In this document: one piece after another, positions 50,371 through 62,418 of the stretch
Position numbering within the stretch: position 1 is the first letter of the stretch
How the letters are laid out: the number at the start of each line of letters is the position of its first letter
Source: Macrostomum lignano
Taxonomy: Eukaryota
Assembly: GCA_002269645.1 (NCBI GenBank)
Contig: NIVC01001462.1
Location: 222,036-286,035 of the forward strand
Reading direction: 5' to 3'
Length of the DNA: 64,000 nt
Position numbers and translations under genes: made by a program
Notes under the pieces: generated by a model
What the model saw: the letters and a program-made list of their open reading frames with translations, nothing else
Database searches by the model: none
Told to the model about the DNA's origin: nothing

Positions 50371-53300
50371 TTGCAGTTGATTGGCGCACTTGGGCACTGC
50401 ACTTTCCCTCCTCAGCTGTTTATCACCACCCACCCCAGTCTGTCTGAGCCAGCCGGCTTTGGCTGGCTGCGCCACCCCTCTCAGCGCGTCCCCCCCAAGT
50501 TTTCCGTCTCTTGCGCAGCTGCTGATTGGTACGGGTCGCCTCTCTCACGCGCCGGCCAATCAGCAGCTTTCTCGCTGTAATGTGCTAAGCTGGTTGTGTG
50601 GCTGGTCGGGTGGGCGCGGGGGGGGGGCGATACCCCGCGGCCTAGCCGGCCAACCCAAGTATGTATTTAGCGCGGTGTAGCGGCGGTGAGGGACCAACTG
50701 TGGCTGCTACCTTCCAACTCAACTCAGCTCTGAGATTCCACTGCCCATATCGATTAGAACCGAGACGCCCCTACGGGTACGCAACGTCTGAGAATCCGCG
50801 CTACCGGCTAGTCCTTCGCCGCCGCTCCCGCCGTGTTCATTCCTCAGTAAGAACTTGAGTCTCGTTGTGTTTGTTGTTCATTGTTCGGTACGGGACATAC
50901 TGTATCGGGTACTGCCGTAGGGACGAGCTGCTGGCTAGGAACGAGAAGCCATAGTACGCACCGCCCGACACTGGCAGCTCGGTCAGAGTGTCGGACGCCA
51001 TCACTGGCTCGCCCGTAGCTGCTCGAGGATCACGAGCCGCCCCCGGAGATTTCGCATTACACAACAGAACTGTGCATAGTTTGAGCGGGGCAGGGTTATG
51101 GCTCAATCAGTTTTTTTATGTGCCGTTGTTGGGCAGCCATATCACCATCCCCCAAGCATTTGCTGCGAGTCAACTGTACCACGCGTTCCCAAGCTGCTGG
51201 CTTGGTCCTCAAACCTCAGCTTTGTTAATTGTGCTTTAGTGTAGAGCTGGTCTGGCTAGATAGCCCCGGTCAAGACTTTTCCAGTGCTTACAATACCTAC
51301 AGTCTACATGTACCTGCATGGTTTTTACTGTTGTGCCCTCAGATCCCTAACTTTTATCTGACAGTTGCAGTTGGATCAACTACAGCTGCACCAGGCAATT
51401 AATCGCCTACATTTTGCAGGCCTACGCTCTGACGCCGAGAGACGACTTCGGCTGGCAGGAGTTCCGCATTGACTCAACCTATTGATGGGTTTCGACCTTC
51501 GGGCCCCCTTGTGGGGAAGCCTTCGGGCCTCAGGTCTCAGAAATAAATCAATTAGAGTCCTGGCCCCCCACTCCTGTCAGATGGTCAGCCCCATGGTAGC
51601 TTGATCGTGTGGCGAGCAGTCTAGGTCCTATAGCTAAGAGAGGGACAGCGAGAGACGAGCAGGGAGAATTTCGAAGGTAGAAATTAGCTAATCCGCAGAT
51701 CAACTAACTCGCTGCCACCAGCCCGTGCGCCCTGGCTCACCACACCGGGACTCTCGAAATCGGGCTTCCGACTAGTAGAAGGAGCTTTGCACTTACCTGC
51801 CAACTAGTGTCTTTTTGCTGTCAATCTCGAAGTCATAGCCGATGTTAAGGGACACTGCTGGGACTAGATCGCATTGGCCATGCAGGTACAGAGGGGACTT
51901 GTGCAGGGGATTCTTGCAGTGGCGAGACTATGGGGTAGCTACATGTACTATTACATTGCTAAATACGAAGAATTGTACTTTTGGCCTTCGACGCGCCAAC
52001 TAGCCTCTCATAGCGCTGATGATAGACTAACTCGAACTTCAGAGACCGCATGATTCATTACCCGAGCCGCTTGGCGAACCTAGAGTGCACAAAGTACATC
52101 TCTGGCGCCGATTCTGCACTTCTGGCAGTTTTGCTCACTGATTTGATTGATTGATCGACTAAGAACCGCCTTGCCATTGGTCCACTGTGACCGGCGCCTA
52201 CTAGCTTAGCTACTCATCTGAGCCATCGGCGAACAAAGAAATAAAACCGATAAAAATAACTGTTAGATTTAACCTTCTCCTTAGTTCACTTCACACTTCA
52301 GATTGAATTGGAGTCTTAGACTACTAGCAGTATTATTGAATGATTTCTGCCTCAGCAACAGCACTACTGAACAAAATGAGCAAAAGTGTGCGCCTAATTC
52401 AGCTACTGAAACAGGGGACAGATAAGGGATCACCCAATCGAGCAAGTCTAGGTAGCCTCTCACCCAACCAATCAGAAACTCAACAGCCGGAGACCAGGAA
52501 ATCCACAGTGACCGAATCGGCTTGATGCTTCGCAGTTGTAGACTCGGGATGATGCTGTCACAGTCTTCGCAGATAGCTAGCAGGTGATGATCTTAACTTT
52601 GATGCTCGCTGCTGATGACCGGGGGACTCGTCCTTGATGATGAGGGGGGAAGTCGCAATCAGGGGATCAAGAAACGACGGTCGGGCTCCGGGAACCAGAA
52701 ATGTCGGGAAGGTTCCTCCGCGGGAGAGCCGGTTGGGGTCCGTGCGGGCCAAAAACACCGGTTTAAATAGCCGCCAACTGGACCACAGTTTGTTATAATG
52801 GAACACGTCGATTCTGATTGGCTGAGCCGTTTTGTTAAAATAAGCGCCGAATTTTCTGATTGGCTAAGCTTGCTGCTACCCAGAATCACGTGACCGGGAG
52901 ATCCTATCAGTTCCCGCAGGGTCGTAAAAAGATGACAGGTGCGGTCATAAATCAATCAAAATAGCAACAAAATGATTTATGACTTTTCGCGTAGGATTGA
53001 CAGAAATTAATGAAAAAATATACATTAGAAAGCTCTTATTAAATAGAAAGTGAAGATAATGAAGAGAAATCACTAATCGCTAATCCCAAGGTACTTTTAG
53101 GGGTAAAACGCATAGCTGTCAAAGCTGTCACACGCTTGAGTGAACACGAACAATAGGCTCTGACCTCATAAATCTTGATGGCCTGTCAAAATGATGAGAA
53201 AAAAGCTACCGCCCGCATCCTCTCAGACCATCTGGCGCCCGCCTCAACACTGAGTGAGGCGCAGGTGGCTGTCAGACCAGCTTCGAAAGCGATGATTTAT

Positions 53301-54872
53301 GACCCAAAAAGCTGCGCCTATGTTATTATGACTACTAGTATGACCAAACATTATATCTAGTATAGATTCTATGACAATTCGCAGAAAAAGAATAAAAATG
53401 CCCTTAGCCTGCTGTCAGTAGGCTAGTAAGTTTAGAGCCCATGTGCTAGCGCGGGATTTGGGAAAAAGTGCGTCCTCATCACTATTATAAACAGAGTGGA
53501 AATCCGGTTGAATAAAGCTAGTCCAGGGGTCTACTGGCTGTCCGATGCCATCATACAGCTGATTTAGCTGACCGAGGTTGAGCAGTCGCCACCAGAAAAG
53601 TACGCCGAGTAGCTGAGATTACTGTAGACAACTTTTTACTGACTATTCGCTAGCTCTTACCATCCGCACTGTAAAATACTGGCCATACTATTATTTCGTT
53701 TGTTTGTCTAGCATCCCCAGAGCAACCCAACTCTTGGTTCGAATGCAATTTTTAAAAAGCTACATGATCTTCCATCTATGTTGATTACGTCACGGATGTG
53801 TTAGCGGACGTCCGGAGTGTTGAACGAGCTTACCATCGGACTGGCTCAAAATTTGTACTCTTTCATATCTATACCCCTTGTACTGGTAGAACAACTACAA
53901 CTCTGAGTAACTTTTCAAAATCAACCTGCATTAAAGGACTTAGTTGAAGCATCGATTACATCCTCAAAACAAACTTTTCCACCCTATAAAACATAACGTG
54001 TGGAGTTGACAATGAGACTATTCAAAACTACGGCACTTGATAGGGGCAATTCGTTTTCTACTCTTAGTTTTTCTTTCTCAGCCGATCTCAACTGAGCAGG
54101 CTGAAAGAATCTTCAAGGATAATCCTAATTCTCTGGCTGACTCAATCAGACGAAAAATATCCGCTGCAAGTGTTACGAGTAAACGAGGCTTTGTTTCCGA
54201 ACGATATAGACCGATGAGTCATAAACCGATGACACTTTCTAGGCAAGCAACATGCGACATTGCTGTCGCCAGCTTAGTTCCTTTGTGTTCTTTATTGGAC
54301 CGAGATCAAAACTCCTATTGCTCTACTTTAATTAGTATTCCTGGATAATAAATATGATCAAAATAATCACGTCATTTTATTAGTCCCGCTTTTTAAAATA
54401 TTTTATCATCTAGTCTTACATTGTATCATCATCAGCACTACTGCCATGAATTGATTGCCAACCCTAACCTAAAAGAAAATTACCCTGATCGCTAAATCCT
54501 ATAGGATGCTATACGGAGTTGTCATCTACAGTCTCCATGGCTACAGAAAACACAGGAGCTAAGTAGCTATGGATAATAGCAGAAGATGGGTACTTGAATT
54601 GTACAGTTGACTATTTGATAATTTTAAACATGGGTTAGAGTAGGCACTGAGGCCTCTTTGCTGAGTTTTCCCGTAATATTCACCTGTTTTTTTGATAACC
54701 AAAAGGGTTCATGGCCAATAAAGACAGCTGCTCGCATTAGCAGCAGCCTAACTGGCTGATCGGATCAAAATGCATTAAGACATCTAGACGACTGTAATTA
54801 GGCTTCTCAGACACCCTTGAGCTGCATAAAGCCGAAGAGCCAAGCCAGGCTGAGTCAATGGTAGCTGCAGCA

Positions 54873-55562
54873 ATGATTCAGCCGGCTCTGATCGCAGTGC
54901 TGATTGCCACCGCCTCCGGTCACTGCATCGCTCCGTTCATCGACAGGCTGGGCAGCTGCGTCTACATCGGCAACAACACCAGCGTTTCCAGCTGGTGCGA
55001 CGCAGCCAGACTGTGCCTGGGCATCGGCGGAGAGCTGCTGATGGACCTGACTGCCATCCGAGCTGTCAATCACTGGATTGATTATTATTTGATCGGAGTG
55101 ACGGACCTCCTGGCTGAGGCGGGCAGGTCTCGCAGCGGCTGGAGATTCGCCAACGGCTCGCTGTTTCCTGAACTGGATGACAGCGACTGGCTGTCCGGCT
55201 TGCCGAACAACGAATTTGAAGATGATGACTTTGTAGGGGTCAGCAAAGCTGGCTTGCGGGACAGACGACCGAATTGGGACAACACATTCGTCTGCCAGCC
55301 GATCGCGACGCCGAACAGCAAGTACCTGGAGCGAGTGGAGTTCCTGAGGCTGGGCAACATCAGTCCTGTCTACTGCTACACTGACGCCTCGGTGAGCTCG
55401 GAGTTTCGCTGCCTGTGGCTCTGCGTGCAGCGCTGGGAGTGCCGGGCCGTCCTGTTCAACCGGGCCAGCGGCGCCTGCCGCATGCTGGACTTCGCTGACT
55501 CGAGCGTCGGCGACGCCATCGAGACCGACCCGAGCTGGGCCAAGTTCGTTAAGAAGTACTGA
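54873..55562 (+). CDS. Secreted C-type lectin-like + PAN/Apple domain protein, copy 2 (229 aa)
   Basis: Collinear paralog of 45579-46268 (206/229 aa identical by hand count). Confidence 0.75.
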   Translation: MIQPALIAVLIATASGHCIAPFIDRLGSCVYIGNNTSVSSWCDAARLCLGIGGELLMDLTAIRAVNHWIDYYLIGVTDLLAEAGRSRSGWRFANGSLFPELDDSDWLSGLPNNEFEDDDFVGVSKAGLRDRRPNWDNTFVCQPIATPNSKYLERVEFLRLGNISPVYCYTDASVSSEFRCLWLCVQRWECRAVLFNRASGACRMLDFADSSVGDAIETDPSWAKFVKKY

Positions 55563-56499
55563 AGAAAGAAGCTGGAGTTTAGTGGGAGTAAAAATTACAG
55601 AATGAATTTATCCCTAGCCACCCTAATTCAGTTCAGCTATAAAGCCTTTTATTCTTAAAGCCTGATGCAGTCCAATTCATTCTTGCTTGAGAATGTAATC
55701 TTGGCTTTTGTTTATCAAGGCTCTGACCCAATTTAATATTTAAATACAGAAAATTGAAGGCATTGCAACACCGGATTTGATCTTTTCTCTTTGATATTAT
55801 TTGGCACAACAGAAATTTGGGACGCTTTCGTAAGTAGGAGCGGATTGCGTGTGAACACAACAGAAGTGTTCGATTGGTGTCTCAATTCGTCCAAAAATGT
55901 TTTTTTTAACTTAGCAAAATTGAAAAGTCGCCACTCTATGCGACTTTCTCTGTGAGAAATTTCTCTTGGACTATTCTGAAGTAAAAGATACGAGAAAACT
56001 GAATCGGGGTAGCTTTAATCCGTCCAACCCTCGCAAAAACTCAAGTCTGCTGTGGCGTAGCTGCAGAGTTGAGTCACTCGCTTAGATTAAGAGACTTTAC
56101 GCTCGTACCTGCACTCTCAAAAGTGGCGACCACAGACGGAATCATCTGTGATGGCGACTTTTCGATGTTGCTGAGCATATTTAATCAAATATAGAAAATC
56201 TATCGCTACATGCAGTCATGACAACGGTAGCTGTTTATTCTAAATTTATTGACACAGGAGAAAATTAGCAAATCCCGTGAAGTTTGTCTTGCTTGCTGTT
56301 TGCCTTTGTTCAACAGAACTCGCTTCATGCTTATATCCATCAAGTCTGATAAATGCGCATTTCCGGATCTGCTACCAGCCTTCCACGGGCTTTTATTGTA
56401 GGAGCAACCCCTTTTTTAGCAAATAGAAGAGCGTTGTGACTGAGAATTGCCAGCAGTGGCAAAATGAATGCATCTCAGGCCCCAACAGCTAACCGGATA

Positions 56500-57342
56500 C
56501 ACTGTGTGTGCCTGGACATCGGCGGAGAGCTGCTGATGGATCGGACTGTCATTCGAGCTGTCAATCACTGGCTTGCAGTGTCGTCGCCATGGATTTTATG
56601 GTTGGGGGGCGGACAAAGCCAAGAATTCCACATGTACTCGTACATTGTCTTCAAAATCTGTGTTTTCAGCGATCACTTTAGCGCCAAAGGCACTCATTTT
56701 AGCACCGCAGGCACTCATTTTAGCGCCGCAGGCACTCGTTTTAGCGCCGCAGGCACTCATTTTAGCACCGCAGGCACTCATTTTAGCACCGCAGGCACTC
56801 ATTTTAGCGCCGCAGGCACTCATTTTAGCACCGCAGGCACTCATTTTAGCGCCGCAGGCACTCATTTTAGCGCCGCAGGCACTCATTTTAGCGCCAAAGG
56901 CACTCATTTTAGCACCCACAGGCACTCATTTTAGCACCCACAGGCACTCATTTTAGCACCCACAGGCACTCATTTTAGCACCCACAGGCACTCATTTTAG
57001 CGCCGCAGGCACTCATTTTAGCGCCGCAGGCACTCATTTTAGTACCGCATGTCCCCGCATACTTTACTGGGAGGGGGACATGTTCCCCCTGTCCCCTCCG
57101 TTGGCGACGCCCCTGCTGGCTGATTATTGCTTGAGCAGATCAGTGACTTTTGAAGGCGCCGCTGGCCCGGTTGAACAGGACGGCCCGGCACTCCCAGCGC
57201 TGCACGCAGAGCCACAGGCAGTGAAGCTCCGAGCTCACCGAGGCGTCAGTGTAGCAGTAGACAGGACTGATGTTGCCCAGCCTCAGGAACTCCGCTCGCT
57301 CCAGGAACTCGCTGTTCGGCGTCGCGATCGGCTGGCAGACGA
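56500..57342. pseudogene. Rearranged lectin pseudogene: plus-strand N-terminal piece split by a MITE, then an inverted PAN piece
   Basis: 56500-56575 and 57116-57147 match the CTLD N-half (+); 57154-57342 matches the PAN region (-) with copy-1-type residues. Confidence 0.85.
56576..57115 (+). mobile_element. hAT-type MITE carrying a 21-bp tandem array
   Basis: Termini CAGTGTCG...CGCCCCTG; TSD CTGGCTTG / CTGGCT-G; internal unit GGCACTCATTTTAGCACCGCA at ~56690-57045; same family as 892-1172. Confidence 0.8.
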
Positions 57343-57594
57343 TTTTTCTTTTGTCAACTGTTGTTCAGCCCCGTAATTACCCTTGTCGTGCCCTCTGTGT
57401 AATAGTTATATAGCTTGTATGCATTACAATGACCACTAGGAACCCTAGGCTAGTCTACTAGTCCTTGATACATTCATGTACATCGTTTAATAGATCAATG
57501 AATACGGCTGCGCACGAAATCTAACCGTGGAATGTGACGCAACAGTCAGGCGTGTCTACCGCTAAGCTCCCGAAACTACTCAACACCTTAGAAC

Positions 57595-58432
57595 AAATAC
57601 CCCACAACCTAGAAGACACCCCCACACCCTAGAAGATACCCCCACACCCTAGAAGACACCCCCACACCCTAAAAGACACCCCCATACCCTAAAAGACACT
57701 CCACACCCTAGAAGCTACCCTTACACCCTAGAAGATACTCTCACACTCTAGAAGATACTCTCACACTCTAGAAGATGCTCTCACACTCTAGAAGATACTC
57801 TCATACCCTAGAAGATACCCTCATACCCTAGAAGATACTCTCACACTCTAGAAGATACTCTCACACTCTAGAAGATACTCTCACACTCTAGAAGATACTC
57901 TCATACCCTAGAAGATACCCTCATACCCTAGAAGATACCCTCATACACTAGAAGATACCCTCATACCCTAGAAGATACTCTCACACCCTAGAAGATACCC
58001 CCACAACCTAGAAGACACCCCCACACCCTAGAAGATACCCCCACACCCTAGAAGACACCCCCATACCCTAGAAGACACCCCCACACCCTAGAAGATACCC
58101 CCACACCCTAGAAGATACCCTCACACCCTAGAAGATACCCCCCCACCCTAGAAGATACCCCCACACCCTAGAAGATACCCCCACACTCTAGAAGATACCC
58201 CCACACTCTAGAAGATACCCCCACACCCTAGAAGATACCCCCACACTCTAGAAGATACCCCCACACCCTAGAAGATACCCCCACACTCTAGAAGATACCC
58301 CCACACCCTAGAAGATACCCCACACTCTAGAAGATACCCCCACACTCTAGAAGATACCCCCACACCCTAGAAGATACCCCCACAACCTAGAAGATACCCC
58401 CACACCCTAGAAGACACCCCACACCCTAGAAG
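57595..58432. repeat. 20-bp minisatellite
   Basis: Unit CCCACACCCTAGAAGATACC. Confidence 0.95.
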
Positions 58433-58895
58433 TTTCAAATCTGTGAAACAGTTTGCCAATAGCTTACTCATAGCAATTTAATCATGCCAATTAATTTATT
58501 TGTCATTATCTCTAGATCCATTTATAGGTAAAGGCGTGTGCACGCAGAGTACAGTGTGCAGAAAAGCACTCTGTTATGTATTCTCAGCGACAATGTACTG
58601 CAGTTAGTACAGGCTCGTGTTGCTGTAGCCTGTACACAATGAATCCTTATAGCTAAAAATAGCTCAACTGAAAGTGCAAACCTCTAACCTCCCCCTGATG
58701 CCTCGCAAGTCCCGTGTCCACGTACTCCGTACGTTTTAGGGTCTGGTCTGGTCAGGTGAGTCTGACTCAGAATGGCGCAATTGAGGCTAGGCTACACAGT
58801 AAATTTTCGTGTATAAAACCCCTCCGGCTGGAGATGAGCTTCAAACACAAAAGCAAAATCAAATTCTCAACTGAACTCAGTGTTTTACCAACATC

Positions 58896-61747
58896 ATGGC
58901 ATTCAGCGCGCACAAAGATCCCGAACAGTTGAAGGAGCAGAGTTCTACAGACGAGGTGCTCAATGCTCAGGCGGATCAGTTGGCCGAATTAATCCGATCG
59001 GCTAAGCACTTTGTGGCTTTCCTGGCACTCTGCTGGTGAGCGCGATGTCCATGTCTCAGATTCTGTAGTTTGTGTTTTTACGTTTACTGTACTCTCAATC
59101 AGATTTAGCGCCACTCTGCACTAGCATCAGAATTGGCGCCACTCACTAGCATCATAGTTGGCGCCACTCACTGGCATCAGAATTGGCGCCACTCACTAGC
59201 ATCATAGTTGGCGCCACTCACTAGCATCAGAATTGGCGCCACTCACTAGCATCATAGTTGGCGCCACTCACTAGCATCAGAATTGGCGCCACTCACTATA
59301 GCATCAGAATTGGCGCCACTCACTAATTATCATCAGAATTGGTGCCACTCACTAGCATCAGAATTGGCGCCACTCACTAACTATCATCAGAATTGGCGCC
59401 ACTCACTAGCATCAGAATTGGCGCCACTCACTAACTATCATCAGAATTGGCGCCACTCACTAGCATCAGAATTGGTGCCACTCACTAGCATCAGAATTGG
59501 TGCCACTCACTAGCATCAGAATTGGCGCCACTCACTAACTATCATCAGAATTGGCGCCACTCACTAGCATCAGAATTGGCGCCACTCAATAGCATCAGAA
59601 TTGGCGCCACTCACTAGCATCATAGTTGGCGCCACTCACTAGCATCAGAATTGGCGCCACTCACTATAGCATCAGAATTGGCGCCACTCACTAATTATCA
59701 TCAGAATTGGTGCCACTCACTAGCATCAGAATTGGCGCCACTCACTAACTATCATCAGAATTGGCGCCACTCACTAGCATCAGAATTGGCGCCACTCACT
59801 AACTATCATCAGAATTGGCGCCACTCACTATAGCATCAGAATTGGCGCCACTCACTAGCATCAGAGTTGGCGCCATTCACTAGCATCAGAGTTGGCGCCA
59901 CTCACTAGCATCAGAATTGGCGCCAAGAATCATTTTTTCACATTGTGAGCATAAAAAGTTTTATTTTGCCGAAATGTATCGATAGCAATCTTTATAAAAC
60001 GCAATTTTGTTTATTCGTTAATCCAGGCATCCCAGACTTTCGCGGCCCTGACGGCGTCTGGACCAGGCGCGCTCAGGGGCGCGAGGCCCCGCGCGGAGTC
60101 AGCACCACCAGCGCAATGCCGACCCCAACCCACATGGCTCTGGTGGCCCTGGCCAACTCTGGCCACCTCAAACTGCTCATCAGTCAGAACTGCGACGGCC
60201 TGCACCGCAGGTCGGGATTCCCGCCGGACCGCCTTGCCGAGCTGCACGGCAACTCCAACCTGGAGCTGTGCTCCGGCTGCGGTCTCCAGTACCTGCGCGA
60301 CTTTCACGTGCGCACCAGCGGTAAAGTGCACGAGCACCAGACGGGCCGAGCCTGCCCAGTCTGCTCTGGCGCGCTGCTCGACAGCGTCGTGAACTTCGGC
60401 GAATCCCTGCCCGAGAAGCCGATGCGAATGGGATTCGAGCACTGCCACGCCGCCGATCTGGTCCTCTGCCTCGGCTCCTCCCTGACTGTCACGCCTGCGG
60501 CCAACATGCCGGAGGAGGCGGCCGAGAGAGGCGCCAAGCTGGTCATCTGCAACCTGCAGGTGAGGGTGCGCCAGGTTGCACATGAGACACCCCAGACCCT
60601 AGCACATACCACAGACACCCCAGACCCTACTAGCACATACCACAGACACCCCAGACCCTACTAGCACATACCACAGACACCCCAGACCCTACTAGCACAT
60701 ACCACAGACACCCCAGACCCTACTAGCACATACCACAGACACCCCAGACCCTACTAGCACATACCACAGACACCCCAGACCCTACTAGCACATACCACAG
60801 ACACCCAGACCCTACTAGCACATACCACAGACACCCCAGACCCTACTAGCACATACCACAGACACCCCAGACCCTACTAGCACATACCACAGACACCCCA
60901 GACCCTAGCACATACCACAGACACCCCAGACCCTACTAGCACATACCTCAGACACCCCAGACCCTAGCACATACCACAGACACCCCAGACCCTAGCACAT
61001 ACTACAGCCACAGATACACGTACATAGACATGTACCTCCTCAGACTCTAAAAGATACCCTAGTGACATCTCAGACCATAGACGATTCCCTTAGAGGTACA
61101 TGTACATTAATGTAGATCCTATTTTTCATGTACTACGCGTCTACATCTACCTCTAGATTATAAACCTCAGGCCTTAGAAGATAAGCCTCAGGGCCTTAGA
61201 TGCAGTTCCCCCAGTTTCCCCAACTCCGTCCTGCCAGAATACGCCGTTGGACTCCCTGAGCAGCCTGCGCATTTACGGCCGCACAGACGAGCTCATGACT
61301 CGCGTCTGCAGCCGCCTCGGCATCCAACTGCCCGCCTGGCAGCTACGTCGTCGACTTCGCGTCGATGTTCACCAACCGACAGGCGACGAGAAGGGCGACA
61401 AATCGGCACTGGTGGCCACATTCGGCTGCGTCGAAGCCGACAACACACCGGCCACGGTGTTCCAGAAGCTGTCGGTTCACCTTGTCCAAGACGGCAATAG
61501 AGAAGCCAAAGAGATTCTGCTCGGAGACTTCGACAGGCGGACCTGCGCTCGATCGACTGAGTTTCAGGTGCGCCTGCCGCAATCGCTGCCCTGCAAGGTC
61601 ACCCTGGCCATGACTTTCATGGGCCACTACGGCGAGCCGGGACTGAAGCTGACGCTCTGCCTGACGCAGCCGTGTCGCTATGCTAAACAGCCAATTCTGA
61701 TGCTATTTGATCCTCGTCTGCAGCGATGGAGCTGCGAGGGAGTTTGA
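58896..61747 (+). CDS. Class IV (SIRT6/7-like) NAD-dependent deacylase; exon 1 apparently frameshifted
   Basis: Exons 58896-59035, 60027-60559 and 61238-61747. Motifs GIPDFRGPDGVWT, SQNCDGLH, ELHGN, CxxC...CxxC, VNFGESLP, GSSL, NLQ.TPLD. The GAGIS motif is missing and exon 1 ends in the wrong phase. Confidence 0.8.
59105..59927. repeat. ~25-bp intronic minisatellite (sirtuin intron 1)
   Basis: Unit AATTGGCGCCACTCACTAGCATCAG with longer variants. Confidence 0.95.
60585..61010. repeat. 31-bp intronic minisatellite (sirtuin intron 2)
   Basis: Unit CTAGCACATACCACAGACACCCCAGACCCTA. Confidence 0.95.
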
Positions 61748-62418
61748 TAACGGAACTAATAACTCCGGTTTTTTCCTCTGGACCTAAAACTTCTTAAAAT
61801 CATGCAGCTATTCAGATCAAATAAACTTTTTTTGTTATATGCCGAGAAAATAAAGCATTTTACGCTATTCTCTACTGAAAACTGTTGGTAAGTAGGTGAG
61901 TGCGCATTTTGAAGTATTTTTTTTAATTTAAACCCAAAAAAGGATAGTAAGTAGTAAATTTTTCTTAGTTTTAATGCTTTAACTGAAGCTTGTTAAGAAG
62001 GCTCTAATGTGTAAATCATTTGATAGACAGGCATCAAAGCGCTTATTATTTCATGCAGTAATGAAAAACAGAAATATAGATATTATTGCTGAGAAGAGCA
62101 GCCAGAAAATTATAAAGTGAAAACTAAAATCAATTTCAATTAACCGGTCAATGGGCTTTAAGCAGCTGGTCAGCATGTGTGGCATAATTAATTATGGAAT
62201 CATAATAAGGACCATATTATAGGAACTGGTTTGACAAATTTAAGAAATCAAACTACTTTTCAACTACTACAAGCAGTATGTTATTGACATGGTTAAGTTA
62301 TTAAAGTAATAAACAAATCACCAAAAAACCAGGCTAAGCAAACTACGACAAAGAGTCTCCCGATATGTATCGAAAACTGATCCTGTCACCATTTGATGCG
62401 TCAGATTCACCTGAATTG

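Noticed and set aside
56464-59833. FSTAGTH- and ASELAPL-repeat ORFs
   Set aside because: Translations of the 21-bp and 25-bp arrays.
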